A DNA stretch of 63,708 nucleotides from Octopus bimaculoides (GCF_001194135.2 NC_068989.1:71441834-71505541), one strand, 5' to 3'; counted from the stretch's first letter, positions 13,700-26,680 are shown. Program-made: numbers and translations. The notes: generated by a model not told the origin, from the sequence alone.

Positions 13700-15380
13700 C
13701 AAACACACAAACACACACACACACACACAAACATAAATATATCATCATCATCGTTTAACGTCCGCTTTCCATGCTAGCATGGGTTGGACGATTTGACTGA
13801 GGACTGGTGAAACTGGATGGCAACACCAGGCTCCAATCTGATTTGCCCTTCCTGACGCCAAAAATATATATTATATCATATTATATATATAAGGATATAA
13901 ATGCTAAGAGCATAATGGGTTTTAGGAGGTTATGAAGACAGCCAAGAGAGAGGGGGAGAGAATGAAAGAGAAATGTGAGAGATAAAAGAAAGTGAGAGAG
14001 AGAGAGAAAGTGTGTGTGTGTGTGTGTGTGTGTGCATGTGTGTCAAAAAAAAGGGACACAGAGTGATATTTAAAGATAGATAAATAAATAGTTAGATATA
14101 CACATAGATACATATACAATGAGAGAAAGTGAGAGTGAGAGAGAGAGAGAAAAGGCCCCTCTGTCAAAGAGAAAGAGAGATACAGTGATGTTTAAAGATA
14201 AATAGATAAGAGCTAGAAATATGAATAAACAGATAAATAGATACATACACACACATGTGCATGTGTGCATGAATACACACATATATATATATATATGGAT
14301 ATCATGATGATCACTATCACCATCATTTAACGTGCNNNNNNNNNNNNNNNNNNNNNNNNNNNNNNNNNNNNNNNNNNNNNNNNNNNNNNNNNNNNNNNNN
14401 NNNNNNNNNNNNNNNNNNNNNNNNNNNNNNNNNNNNNNNNNNNNNNNNNNNNNNNNNNNNNNNNNNNNNNNNNNNNNNNNNNNNNNNNNNNNNNNNNNNN
14501 NNNNNNNNNNNNNNNNNNNNNNNNNNNNNNNNNNNNNNNNNNNNNNNNNNNNNNNNNNNNNNNNNNNNNNNNNNNNNNNNNNNNNNNNNNNNNNNNNNNN
14601 NNNNNATATATATGGAGAGAGGGGGGGGGGAGAAAGAGACAGAAAGAGTGCCTAATTGTCAAAGAGGGAGAGAGAGTGCTATTTAAAGATAGAAAGAAAG
14701 AAAATAGGATAGATACAAAGATGGTTTGATATAGAGAGACAGACAGACAGACACACAAACACACACACACACACACACATACATGCATACATACATAGGA
14801 AGGGTGAGAGGGAGATAATGTCTAATGATTAAAGAGAAAGCACGACAGAGATTTATACATACACATATACGCATGCATATATGTGCTTATGCATGTGTGC
14901 ATGTATGTGTGTGTGTGTGTGTGTGTGTCTCTGTGTGTGTACATTGTTTCTTCAGAGAGAGAGAGAGAGAGAGAGAGAAGGAGAGAGGTATGGAGGGAAA
15001 GAGAGAATGAAAGGTGGCAGTTATTGGTTGTGAAAAAGGTAGTGTGAAGAAGGTTGATGTCATTCTGACATTTTAATAAGACAACAGTCATCACACTATA
15101 TTACAGAATGGTTCCTTGTTCTGCTAGGATGCCAGAGGTTGTGGATAATGTGTAGGACATGCATGGCACAGGGGCAGGTTTTCAATGCAGTCTTATTTCA
15201 GATTTTTTTTTTTTTTTCCTTTTCCTCTTTTGACAGCCATACAAGTTCTTATTCAACTGCAGATCATCTCTGAAGAGAACCGCATGATCAAAGACATTCC
15301 AAATATGAACATCTTGTCAATATTTTCCCACCCTTTTTAAGGACATTTTAAACATATCTTTTATATATATTTTTTATATA

Positions 15381-15617
15381 CAGGTTGGCCCAAAAGTAGG
15401 TTTACAAGTTATCGCAGAGGCACTTTGAATTTCTTGTAAATCATTTTATTACATTTAAATTTCTATCTTACAAACTGAAAAGGGACCTTGACAGAATTAA
15501 CTAAATTAGCATAGAATAATGGTTTCATATTTTTTTTATAATTAAGATCTAAACTGTTAATATATGAATGTGAAAGAAATAGTTCAATAACTGTAAACCA
15601 ACTTTTGGGCCACCCTG
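15381..15617. mobile_element. Tc1/mariner-type MITE
   Basis: TIRs CAGGTTGGCCCAAAAGTAGGTTTACA / TGTAAACCAACTTTTGGGCCACCCTG flanked by TA at 15379-80 and 15618-19. Confidence 0.8.
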
Positions 15618-15634
15618 TATATATATATATATTT

Positions 15635-15805
15635 TTTCTTTTACTCTTTTACCTGTTTCAGTCATTTGACTGCGGCCATGCTGGAGCACCGCCTTTAGTC
15701 AAGCAAATCGACCCCAGGACTTATTCTTTGTAAGCCTAGTACTTATTCTATCAGTCACTTTTGCCAAACCACTAAGTTAGGGGATCATAAACACACCAAC
15801 ATTGG
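15635..15805 (-). mobile_element. Family A SINE 3' half
   Basis: Reverse complement of the family A tail. Confidence 0.75.
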
Positions 15806-16939
15806 TGCAGGCTTCTACCTGGCTTTTGTCAAACCATCCCATCTATTCTGATGATGATGCAAGTTTTGTATTGCTGGTCTCAGTTAAGTTGGCATCTGAA
15901 GGTTAAGTTAACAAGCTTTGATTTAGAAGTGTCTAGAGACTGCTAAGAAAGAACCACCATTATTTTTTAATTTATCTTTACTTCAATTTAATTACTAATA
16001 ATGAGCACATTCAATCTAAAATGGATGCATTGTTTAGGATGTCTTAAACTGTTGTATTTGTCCAGAGTTACCATCTTGTGTTGATATGTGTTAATTAAGC
16101 ATTAAATATATTGGCTGATGAAATGATCATCTGCACCAGTGGATCATCAGTGATAGCCAACTTTGCACCAAATGCCAGAACAAAGATCAATTGACCCTCA
16201 CACTGAATGCCAGAACAAAGATCAGTCGAACCAATCTAATATAATATTGGCAAAGCAGTCAGTGATGTCATGCAACAGCCAGCAGGCTATGAATAAATTA
16301 GCTACTAGTGATAGGAGTAGTGTTTATAATGAATTATAATTAGCACATCCACCCTAAATTGGATGTGTTGTTTGGAACACCTTAAACTGCTGTATACATT
16401 CAGAGATACCATCTTGTATTGATGATACATGATAATTAAGCACCAAATATACCATCTGACAAAATGATCATCTAACGAAATGATCATCTAGCAAAATGTT
16501 CTTCTGACAAAATGACCATCTGATGGAATGATTGTTTAATGCAAATGATCATCTGCAGTAATTTAATTATTACTTTAATTATAATTTGGAAAGTAAAAAC
16601 AAACATTACACTACAGCAGTGCATTAAACAGGTGCAATGATGAAGCTGCAACAGAAACTAAATGCATCTTGCATTGACACATTTAAAGCAGGAGGTTGGT
16701 ACAGTATAGACTCAGACTTAGGTTTGTCATTATGCCTAGGATTCATAAAGTTGGAGCTTCACCCTGCTTCCATAGTGTAGAAGTCATTGAGGTTACAACG
16801 CTCCCCACTTTCCTGAATGGGATGCCAGACTGTCATGGGATTAACTTCCCAGCTTTCACTGGAATTCATTTTTGCCAGCTTAGTGGACTGGAGCAAAGAT
16901 GAAATGAAATATAATTCTAAGGCACTAAGGCAAATCATA

Positions 16940-17010
16940 AGACACCTGAAGAAGGCTGGAGCACACAACAGCTGAAATGTACTGAAAGCAACAACCAAGA
17001 TGAGGACACC
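16940..17010 (+). ncRNA. Degenerate hammerhead motif (same family as 38612-38657), copy 1
   Basis: AGACAC-CTGAAGA(16946-52)-A-GGCTG-gagcacacaa-CAGCT-GAAAT-GTA, followed by the family tail CAAGATGAGGACAC. The 3' strand of helix I is disrupted. Confidence 0.55.
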
Positions 17011-17159
17011 AGTTCAACTGATCTATGTATATATATAAAATTCCTAATCTCAGAAATATAGAATTGTATTATCCAATCAGTGAGGAGCCAACATAAGACA
17101 TCAATGGTCAATGGAAGTTTATAAGCCTTAATAATAAATTACTCTGTCACTGACTACGG

Positions 17160-17300
17160 GTTTAGCATAGTGGACAAAGGTCCTAGTTAATGCAGTGAAA
17201 TCACCTAGAGGTTTGGAGTTTGATCCCAGACACCTGAAGAAGGCTGTAGTATACAACAGCTGAAACCTAGTGAAAACAACAAGCAAGATGAGGACACCAT
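17160..17300 (+). ncRNA. Pol III A/B boxes followed directly by degenerate hammerhead motif, copy 2
   Basis: A box TAGCATAGTGG at 17163-73 and B-box-like GAGTTTGATCC at 17216-26. Then AGACAC-CTGAAGA(17234-40)-A-GGCTG-tagtatacaa-CAGCT-GAAAC-CTA-GTG, with the same CAAGATGAGGACAC tail. Confidence 0.55.
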
Positions 17301-17454
17301 TCTGGCTAATACATAATATGAAATGAAGCATTTTGCTCAAGAATAACATACTGTCTGGTCCAGGAATTGAAACCACAACCTTACAATCATGAGTGCGACA
17401 CCCTAACCACTAGGCCATGCACCTGCAATATAGTAGTAGTAGTAGCAGCAATAG

Positions 17455-17748
17455 TGTGAAGACTTGTGGTTTATTTGGCTCATGATTACAAGGTCATGAG
17501 TTCAATTCCCTATGACATGTTGTGTCCTTGAGCAAGACACTTTATTTCACATTGCATCAATCCATTCAGCTGGCAAATATGAGTGGTACCTGTATTTCCA
17601 AGGGGCCAGCTTTGTCACATTCTTTGTCATGTTGAATCTCCCCAAGAACTACATTAAGGGTACATGTGTCTGTGGGGTGCCCTGCCACTTGCACGTTAAT
17701 TTCACAAGCAGGCTGTTCCATCGATCGGATCAACTGGAATTCTCATTG
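17455..17748 (+). mobile_element. SINE family D head with tail type ii
   Basis: Head gagttcaattcc...ttgtgtccttgagcaagacactt; the tail matches 59540-59740 (-). Confidence 0.75.
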
Positions 17749-17761
17749 TAGTAGTAGTAGC

Positions 17762-17798
<37 letters not shown>

Positions 17799-18519
17799 TG
17801 AGGAGTATACACTGTAAGAGTGCGTCGCTGCATCCCCCATTTGTTGGTGATTCCCTACTATTTCTGATGAATGACACTTCTACACCACTCAGGCAACAAC
17901 CCTCCAACCCATGGGTCTGTTTTGGGTAGTTGTTGTTACTGGTGAGGCTTTTACGAGGCTGGAGTGCAACTCCTACCTCAAGCTCTTTTAGTTGCCGTTT
18001 TTTCATGACATGCAGAGGAAACACTGGGTCCGTTCTTCGACGTGCCAGTCTCCACATAACACAATATAGAATTAACATCGTAAAAATATAAAGTCTCTGA
18101 TAAACAGATGTTGTTGTCATTGTTGTTGTTGTTGTTGTTGTTATTGTTGTCAATTGTTCATGTTATAATTTAGTCATTCCCAGAGTCGAGCAGATCCCAC
18201 GATCAAAGCCATAGAAACCGTGACCGATTCCTGTCATTTAGTGTATCTGGGACTACATTATTATTATTACAATCGAGCCGGTTTGATATGGGTAAAAGAA
18301 CACGACAAAATAAAAAAATTTTAAAAAAACACGAAAGAAAGAGCAAAAAAAACAAAAACATGATGAGGCATGCGTGCATGGTTGAAAAGGTTGATATAAA
18401 TTAATGATGTAGAATAGTCGCAAGCGAAAGATAGGTCTTGAAATGATGTGGTTAGATCAAACCTTAAAAAGTTGGATTGCAAAGATAAAATGGTGTAGTA
18501 TTAAAATGCATGAAAGGAT

Positions 18520-18815
18520 AGTGGGGGTGGCGGAAGGAGTGATAGTTGTAGTGGTGGTAGCAGTAATGGTGGTGGTAGCAGTAATGGTGGTGGTAGTGGT
18601 GGTGGTAATGAGTGTGGCGGTATTAGTAGTGGTAGTAGAAGTAGTGGTGGTGGTGGTAGTAGTGGTTGTGGTAGCGGTAGCAGTGGTGGCAGTAGCGATT
18701 GTTGTTGTGATGGTGGTGGTAGTAGTGATTGTTGTTGTGATGGTGATGGTAGTAGCGATTGTTGTTGTGATAGTGGTGGTAGTAGCAGGGATAGTGGTGG
18801 TAGTGGTGGTAGCCC
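18520..18815. repeat. Degenerate (GTG/GTA)n trinucleotide tract
   Basis: Direct inspection; source of the poly-Val and poly-Thr ORFs. Confidence 0.85.
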
Positions 18816-20892
18816 GGGTATACTGCAGACCCACCCGAATTATGGAAGCATGGAAAAAGAGCATTAAAGGATGCTTATGTGGGTGCACGTGTCATGCGTT
18901 TGCTTGTGTGTGTGTGTGTGTGTGTGTGTGGTTGTACGGGTATGTGTGTATGCATGATTATGCATGAGTGTATCTGTGGTATTTTAGTGTGTGTGTGTGT
19001 GTGTGTATGCATATATGGTTATGTTGGCACATGTGGGATATAAATGTGCATGTATGTTTGTGTGAGAGTGTCTGGTTTATAAGTGTGTGTATGTGCATGC
19101 ATGCTTGTGTGTGTGCGTGTCTGTGTGTTTATACATGGCCATGTGTGCACATGTAGGTATAAATGCATGTATGGTTTAGTGAGTGGGAGGGTATATGTGT
19201 ATGTGTATATGTGTGTGTGTGCATGTCTATACATATGTGTGCAAGAAAATATATGTATGTGGAGAGGTACATGTGTACGTAAGCTTAAATACATGTGTAG
19301 TTATGTGTGTATATCTATATGCATGTGCATACACACACACACACACACACACACATATAATGAGAATGTGTGTGAGGAGCGGGGGAGTATCTGTGATGAT
19401 AACAAGCCGGGAAGTTTATTGATTAGGGTTTTTTTTCTTGCTTTTTTTACTATTGTTTTTCTATTTGATTATTAATTTATTTTGCTTATTCTTTTTCTTC
19501 AACTTAACTCGATGCAAATAAATAAATATATAGATAAATAAATATATACTGGGTCCACACACAAACATACACATATATCTATATCTATATATAAACATAC
19601 ATATATATATAAANNNNNNNNNNNNNNNNNNNNNNNNNNNNNNNNNNNNNNNNNNNNNNNNNNNNNNNNNNNNNNNNNNNNNNNNNNNNNNNNNNNNNNN
19701 NNNNNNNNNNNNNNNNNNNNNNNNNNNNNNNNNNNNNNNNNNNNNNNNNNNNNNNNNNNNNNNNNNNNNNNNNNNNNNNNNNNNNNNNNNNNNNNNNNNN
19801 NNNNNNNNNNNNNNNNNNNNNNNNNNNNNNNNNNNNNNNNNNNNNNNNNNNNNNNNNNNNNNNNNNNNNNNNNNNNNNNNNNNNNNNNNNNNNNNNNNNN
19901 NNNNNNNNNNNNNNNNNNNNNNNNNNNNNNNNNNNNNNNNNNNNNNNNNNNNNNNNNNNNNNNNNNNNNNNNNNNNNNNNNNNNNNNNNNNNNNNNNNNN
20001 NNNNNNNNNNNNNNNNNNNNNNNNNNNNNNNNNNNNNNNNNNNNNNNNNNNNNNNNNNNNNNNNNNNNNNNNNNNNNNNNNNNNNNNNNNNNNNNNNNNN
20101 NNNNNNNNNNNNNNNNNNNNNNNNNNNNNNNNNNNNNNNNNNNNNNNNNNNNNNNNNNNNNNNNNNNNNNNNNNNNNNNNNNNNNNNNNNNNNNNNNNNN
20201 NNNNNNNNNNNNNNNNNNNNNNNNNNNNNNNNNNNNNNNNNNNNNNNNNNNNNNNNNNNNNNNNNNNNNNNNNNNNNNNNNNNNNNNNNNNNNNNNNNNN
20301 NAACATACTATAGACAAAAACATCCTTTCAGCAAATATTCAAAGAGGAAAACAAAAAAGAAAAATCCACAAAAACAACAAAAATAAACCTTCTGTAACCT
20401 CTCCATCTCCACCCCTTCTTAATTCCCACCCCACTATCTTCCTCTCTACCTCTATCACATACTTTCTTTCTATCTATTTATCTATTTATCTCTGAATACA
20501 GCAGATACAGAAAAGAACTTTTCTTTTCCGTTTCCCCTTTTATTTTGTTCTTTTTTTTTTGTTTGGCATTCATAGAAAAAAAAAAAAGCAAAAAACAAAA
20601 AACGGAATCTAAATAAATGCAAGGATTTGCAGGTTTCATGTTGTGACAATGTGTCAAAGAGGTGAAAGATGTTTGAAAATAATACAGGACAAAATGTCAA
20701 GAACGAAGGAAAAGTCACTGAGGGTGTTCCTGTTCCTGTTCCTGTCCCTGATGTGTGTAAGCACCACCTCCGACTCCAAACTATAATGAGCTCATGTAAT
20801 ATATACAACGAGTGGATATGGAAGGCAGTTTAAACAACAATTAAAATATGGAAGACCATAAGTCTCAAAGTGAATTGAACTTAGATGATTAG

Positions 20893-21305
20893 GTGCAGGC
20901 ATGGCTGTGTGGTAAGAAGCTTGCTTCCCAACCACATGATTCTGGGTTCAGTCCCTCTGCATGGCATCTTGGGCAAGTGTCATCTACTATAGCTTCAGGC
21001 CAAGCAAAGCTTTGTGAGTGAAATTAGTAGACAGANNNNNNNNNNNNNNNNNNNNNNNNNNNNNNNNNNNNNNNNNNNNNNNNNNNNNNNNNNNNNNNNN
21101 NNNNNNNNNNNNNNNNNNNNNNNNNNNNNNNNNNNNNNNNNNNNNNNNNNNNNNNNCTGTAACTTAGTGGTTTGGCAAAAGAGATTTGATAGAATAAGTA
21201 GCAAGCTTTAAAATAAAGTACTGAGGTCGATTTGTTCAACTAAATATTCTTCAAGACGATGCCCTAGCATGGCCATAGTTTAATGACTGAAACAAGTAAA
21301 CAATA
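20893..21305 (+). mobile_element. Family A SINE with an assembly gap in its microsatellite linker
   Basis: Head 20893-21035 and tail 21157-21305 match the family consensus. Confidence 0.8.
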
Positions 21306-21424
21306 AAAGAAGATTCTTTTATAACAAGACTAAGAAATAGATCTGTTGTGACGTCTAGGAGTTATAAACCAGAGCTTAACCTTGGTTTCAATGGTGTTGG
21401 AGTGACAGAGATTACAAGACTTAT

Positions 21425-21605
21425 CCCCTGAATGGGATGCTAGTCCATTGTAGCGTTAACTTCCTAGTTATTGGCAGAACTTATTTTTGTGGCTTCCTGG
21501 ATTGAAGCAATGTCAAATGAAGTGTTTTGTTGAAGAATACAATGCACCACCCAGTCTCAGAATCGAAACCATGTTCTTAACTTCAACCACTATGCCACAT
21601 GCAAG
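21425..21605 (-). mobile_element. Family D SINE with V-domain-like tail, degenerate
   Basis: cctgaatgggatgctagtccattg is the reverse of the GATGGACTGGCATCCC motif; head remnant gaatcgaaacc...caaccactatgccacatgc. Confidence 0.55.
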
Positions 21606-22338
21606 GAAGACTAAAAATAAAATAAAATAAAATCAATACGCAAAAAAATGTGAAAATACAAAGAAATAAGCTCTTTTTCTTTGTTCCATTTATTCATTAA
21701 TTTAATTTTTCTTTTTTGCGGTTTTTCTCAAATTGCAAGTAAATTAAATAAATTTTCTTCAAGAAGTGTTATTTTGGGAATCAGAAAACAAAATAAATGC
21801 TTTTACAAGTTGAAACTTGATTTGATTATTTCGTTATTTTGAAAGATAACCATCTGAGTAGTATACTCTGAAAATCTTGGAGCAGGATTTTCTTATCTAA
21901 CTGAAAGTTTCAAGAATCTAATGCTTCTTTTGAATGAAGGCAAGGCTGTGTGGTTAAGAAGTTTTGCTTCCCAACCATGTGGTTTTAAGTTCAGTCCCAT
22001 TGCATAGTACTTTAGGCAAGTGTTTTCTATAATAGCCCCAGGCCAACCAAAGCTTTGTGAGTGGATTTGGTCAACAGAAACTGAAAGAAGCCCTTTGTAT
22101 ATCAAAACAGGATCAAAGGTCCTTGTTGAGTCATAGGCTCACAAGGCTGGTCCACTGGTCCATCACAGGATTACTCATTTTTTNNNNNNNNNNNNNNNNN
22201 NNNNNNNNNNNNNNNNNNNNNNNNNNNNNNNNNNNNNNNNNNNNNNNNNNNNNNNNNNNNNNNNNNNNNNNNNNNNNNNNNNNNNNNNNNNNNNNNNNNN
22301 NNNNNNNNNNNNNNNNNNNNNNNNNNNNNNNNNNNNNN

Positions 22339-22383
<45 letters not shown>

Positions 22384-22764
22384 AGTGCATTTAGCATCAT
22401 CCTCATCATTGTTTTAACACTGACTTTTCAATGCTCAAAGACAATATTCAATGAAGCAAATTTTCTATGGCTGGATGCCCTTCCTATTGCTAACCATCAC
22501 CTGTTTCAGAGTTAGGTAATATCTCCCCTTGGGCAAAAACACACACACACACACACACACCAAAGAAAGAACAGCTCTAATTTTATATACATATACTTAT
22601 AAAATGGAGACGAACACCATTCCTCCAAGGGATCAGCTTGAAAAATTGTTAACATATTAAGATATTTTCTTAACATGAAACCAATGGTAGCCTAATACAC
22701 AAATAAAGAATCTTTATCCCCCAATGTGGTGTTGAGCACTCATTCTCATTGTTTGACATTTACG

Positions 22765-23135
22765 CAGGTGTGGCTGTGTGGTAAGAAGCTTGCTTCCCAA
22801 CCACATGGTTCTGGGTTCAGTCCCACTGCATGGCACCTTGGTCAAATGTCTTCTACTATAAACCGGGGCTGATCAAAGCCTTTGTGATAGCATTTGGTAG
22901 ACGGAAACTGAAAGAAGCCTGTCGTATATTTATATATGCATATATCTATGTGTGTGTGTTTTTGTGTCTGTCTTTGTTCCCCCATCATTGCTTGGCAACC
23001 GGTGTAGGTTTGTTTACACCTCTGATAGAACAAGTACTAGGCTAAAAAATAAATGCTGGGGTTGAATTGTTCAGCAAAAAATACTTCGAGGTGCTCCAGC
23101 ATGGCCACAGTCAAATGACTGAAACAAGTAAAATA
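22765..23135 (+). mobile_element. Family A SINE, complete ungapped copy
   Basis: GGTGTGGCTGTGTGGTAAGAAGCTTGCTTCCCAACCACATGGTTCTGGGTTCAGTCCC head, TG linker, GCTCCAGCATGGCCACAGTCAAATGACTGAAACAAGTAAA tail. Confidence 0.85.
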
Positions 23136-23989
23136 AAATACACACACACACACACACAAACACAGCACAGCTACATCATAGTTTCTAGTTACCAAATTCT
23201 AGTTACCAAATTCTAGTTAACAAGATGTTAATTGATCTGAAGTCAAGGCAAGAGATGCTGAAGGTGCTGGGATCAAACCTGAAATAACATGATTGAATTT
23301 CTTAAACTACACAGCTTTGCGTACCACAGAACTACTACAACAAGGGAATCATGCTGAAGATAAAAATAAGCTTGGAATAAAACAGCCTGAGGAAGAAGAG
23401 AACTAGCTTTTCCTCTGACTGTGCTCAGCTTATGATACTTTTGTCAAAGCAGGTTGCACTTGCATATCAAATATGGTATTTATATAATTGAATGTAGATA
23501 TTCTTGTGATAAAGTTTTAATTAAAATGTCACTCAGAAACTTTATGTTACAGAGAGGTAAAAAGGAAAGGAAATCAATTCTGTGTGTATGTGTGTGAGAG
23601 AGAGAGAGAGTGATAGTGATAGGGGGACAGAGAGAGAAGGACAGACAGACAGACAGAGACAGGGTATACTTGTATAGAATTATGTGTGTACAGGGCATGT
23701 GTGAGGGGAAAAAAGACTGAGGAATAAGATTATAACTTGAATACAAATGGTCACATTAATACTATGTGAAATATAAATAGATTTGTATGTGTGTGTGTGT
23801 GTCTGCACATATGTATGTGTGTGTGTGTTGTGTATATATGCATATATGCACATCTATATATAATTACAATTATGCAGATATACAATATGCATACATATAT
23901 ATATCTATTTATATATATATATATATATATTTGTACTGTACCTATATACACATATATATATATATGCATGAATAGATAAATATAGATAT

Positions 23990-25130
23990 CATCATCATCA
24001 TCATCATCGTTGTTTAACATCCGCTTTCCATGCTGGCATGAGTTGGACAGTTTGACTGGCGGCTGGCAAGCCAGAAGGCTGCAACAGGCTCCAATCCAAT
24101 CTGGTAAGGTTTCTACAGCTGGATGCCCTTCCTAATGCCAATCACTCTGAGAGTGTAGTGGGTGCTTTTTACATGCCACCGGCACGAGGGCCAGTCAGGT
24201 GGCACTCGCATCGGCCATGCTCGAATGGTACTTTTTACGTGCCACAGGTACAAGTGCCAATCAGGCGGTAGTGTTATCAGCCACGACAACGACTTCACTT
24301 GCCTCAACAGGTCTTCGCAAGCACAGTTTATTACCCAATGATTGACGAGAACTCTCAAATGGGCTGGTTATGTTGCACTGACATAGTCCACGGTTACGGT
24401 CTCACTTGGCTTGCTGGGTCTTCTCAAGCACAGCACATCTCCAAAGGTCTCGGTCACTTGCCATCGCCTCGGTGAGGCCGAACATTCAAAGGTTGTGCTT
24501 CACCACCTCATTCCAGATCTTCCTGGGTCTACCTCTTCCACAGGTTCTCTCTACTGCTAGGGTGTGACACTTCATCACACAGCTGTCCTTATTCATATGT
24601 AACACATGACCATACCAGCGCAGTCGTCTCTCTCTTGCACACCAAATCTGATGCTTCTTATGTCCGACTTTTCTCTCAGGGTACTTATACTCTATCATGT
24701 ATGTACAATGACATTACACATCCAGCGGAGCATACTAGCTTCATTCCTTGCAAGCTTACACATGTCTTCAGCAGCCACAGCCCATGTTTCACTGCCATGT
24801 AGCATGGCTGTTTGCACACATGCATCATACAGTCACCTTTTACTCTGAGCGAGAGGCTCTTTGTCACCAGCAGAGGTAGGAGCTCTCTGACTTTGCCCAG
24901 GCTATTCTTATTCTAGCAGCTACAACCTCAGAGCAAACACCCCCGCTACTGACTTAGTCACCTAGGTAATGGAAGCTATCAACTACTTGTAGTTTTTCCC
25001 CTGGAATGTGACAGAAACCGTTTTCCGCACATTTTCAGTGATTATTGCCCCTGAGCATTTTCCACACACAAAAACTATCTTTCCAGTTAGCCTTCCTTTG
25101 ATATTACTGCAACTCTTGTGTCCATAGCTT
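23990..25130 (-). mobile_element. RTE-clade LINE, 5'-truncated, decayed ORF end plus 3' UTR and (GAT)n tail
   Basis: Minus-strand pieces CKLWTHKSCSNIKGRLTGKIVFVCGKC..., EKLQVVDSFHYLGD.VSSGGVCSEVVAARIRIAWAK and RLRWYGHVLHMNKDSCVMKC...GRGRPRKIWNEVVKHNL match the RTE RT thumb/C-terminus. Multiple stops and frameshifts. Confidence 0.85.
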
Positions 25131-25214
25131 ACACCGGGTACATCTTATGGAGTTTCTACCTATACTTTTTCTACAGATCAAGCAGGGCCATCATCTACAT
25201 GGAGGGATATATAT

Positions 25215-25435
25215 TTGTGGTCATTGTTGGTATCATGTAAATGGCACCTGTGCCAGTGGCACATTAAAGCACCCATTACACTCCTGGAGTGGTTGGCATT
25301 AGGAAGGGCATCCTGCCATAGAAACCATGCCAAATCAGACTGGAACCTGGTGCAGCTCTCTGGCTCATCAGCTCCAGTCAAACTGTCTAACCCATGCCAG
25401 CATGTAGAGCAGACATTAAATGATGATGATAATGA
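25215..25435 (+). mobile_element. RTE 3' tail
   Basis: ggagtggttggcattaggaagggcatc...caacccatgccagcatg...gacattaaatgatgatgat. Confidence 0.8.
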
Positions 25436-25701
25436 TGTTTACACACATACAATTATATGTGTGTATGTGTGTGCATGTAAGTATGTATATACTTATGTAC
25501 ATTACATGATAGTGCAGCTCAGTAGACCATCAGTTACTACTATAACCTGAACTACAAAAGTGTCAACCCTAGGAGGGGTCTATTATTTCATTTGTTTTTT
25601 ATACATGTTGTCAAAAGTTAATTTAAAAATACATATTTGGGAAAGAATTGTGAAATTGATTTCATCTGCAAGATACTTCTCACTCTCTCTCCTCTGTGTG
25701 C

Positions 25702-25732
<31 letters not shown>

Positions 25733-26164
25733 CTTCTCTCCCTCTCTGCCAAATTTAGAACCACCAAGAGATATTCTGAGATCTGCACAATATTCCCTGG
25801 CGGAACACCAACCAAACCGTATTTTTCTCCCTTGCAAATTCTTCTGGCTGTTGCCAAAGAGAAGAAGAAATTTATCAGCCATTATTCAGTTTCCTTCTTT
25901 TGTTTAATTGTTAATTTCTTTTTGTTTTATTTTTTCTAATTTTTTTTCACTTATTATTTTTGGTTTTCACATGAGGGGTGGGAGTGAGGGCCAAGCGCTT
26001 GTTCTTAATGTTTTTTCTTCTTCATTTCCTTCGTAGCCGCAGTATCTCCACCACCTCCATGTTAGCATTTTTCCCTTGTTGCTTAGCACTTTCATCTTTG
26101 TAATAATAGTATAAAAGAAAATAGTAATGATGGTGGTGGTGATGATGATGAGGATGATGATGAT

Positions 26165-26680
26165 GATGAAAAGGAAGAAACAATGTGAAAAGAAAGAATG
26201 GGACGAGAAGGAGAGATATAGAGAGAAAGGGAGTAGAGAATAAAGAAGAGAAGAATCAGGAATAAAAGAGAGAAAAGTGAACGAAAGAGAAACCAAAATA
26301 GAGAGAGAGAAAGAGAGAGATAAAAGAATAGAGAGGGGGAAAGGAGGAGAGGCTATCAGAGATAGAGAGAGAAAAGAGAGAGTAAGGAACAGATAGAGAA
26401 AAGGAACAGAGAAGGAGAGTGAACAAAGTGAAAGAAAGAGAGGGGGAGGAGGGAGGGAGAGTGAAAGAATAACTACTTTTCTTGTTAGCTAATATTTTTG
26501 TAAGAAAGAATATCAGAATATTTAAATTGGGAAAGAGAGTGAGAGGGAAAAGGAGAGAAAGATAGGATAAAGGGCAAGGAAGAGAGAGAGGGAGAGTGGA
26601 ACAAGAGTGAGAGAGGACTAAAGAGAAAAAGACAGGAAGAGAGAGAGAGAGAGAGAGAGAGAAAAGAGACAGAGAGTGGA
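26165..26680. repeat. About 500-bp purine-rich (GA/GAA) low-complexity tract
   Basis: The plus strand is almost entirely A/G. Confidence 0.8.

Larger units (their letters stand above)
16790..17425 (-). mobile_element. SINE family D (V-domain-like tail) split by a ~410-bp insertion (16909-17317)
   Basis: The 3' part (16790-16908) and 5' head (17318-17425) are colinear with the intact copy 62092-62340. ATGAAATGAA occurs at both 16899-908 and 17318-327. Confidence 0.65.

Noticed and set aside
23310-23406. Open frame LRTTELLQQGNHAEDKNKLGIKQPEEEEN*
   Set aside because: The apparent acceptor is a decayed family A SINE head; no other support.
25740-25850. Strong minus-strand acceptor with two open frames
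   Set aside because: No canonical donor and no recognisable protein similarity; runs into a (GA)n repeat.
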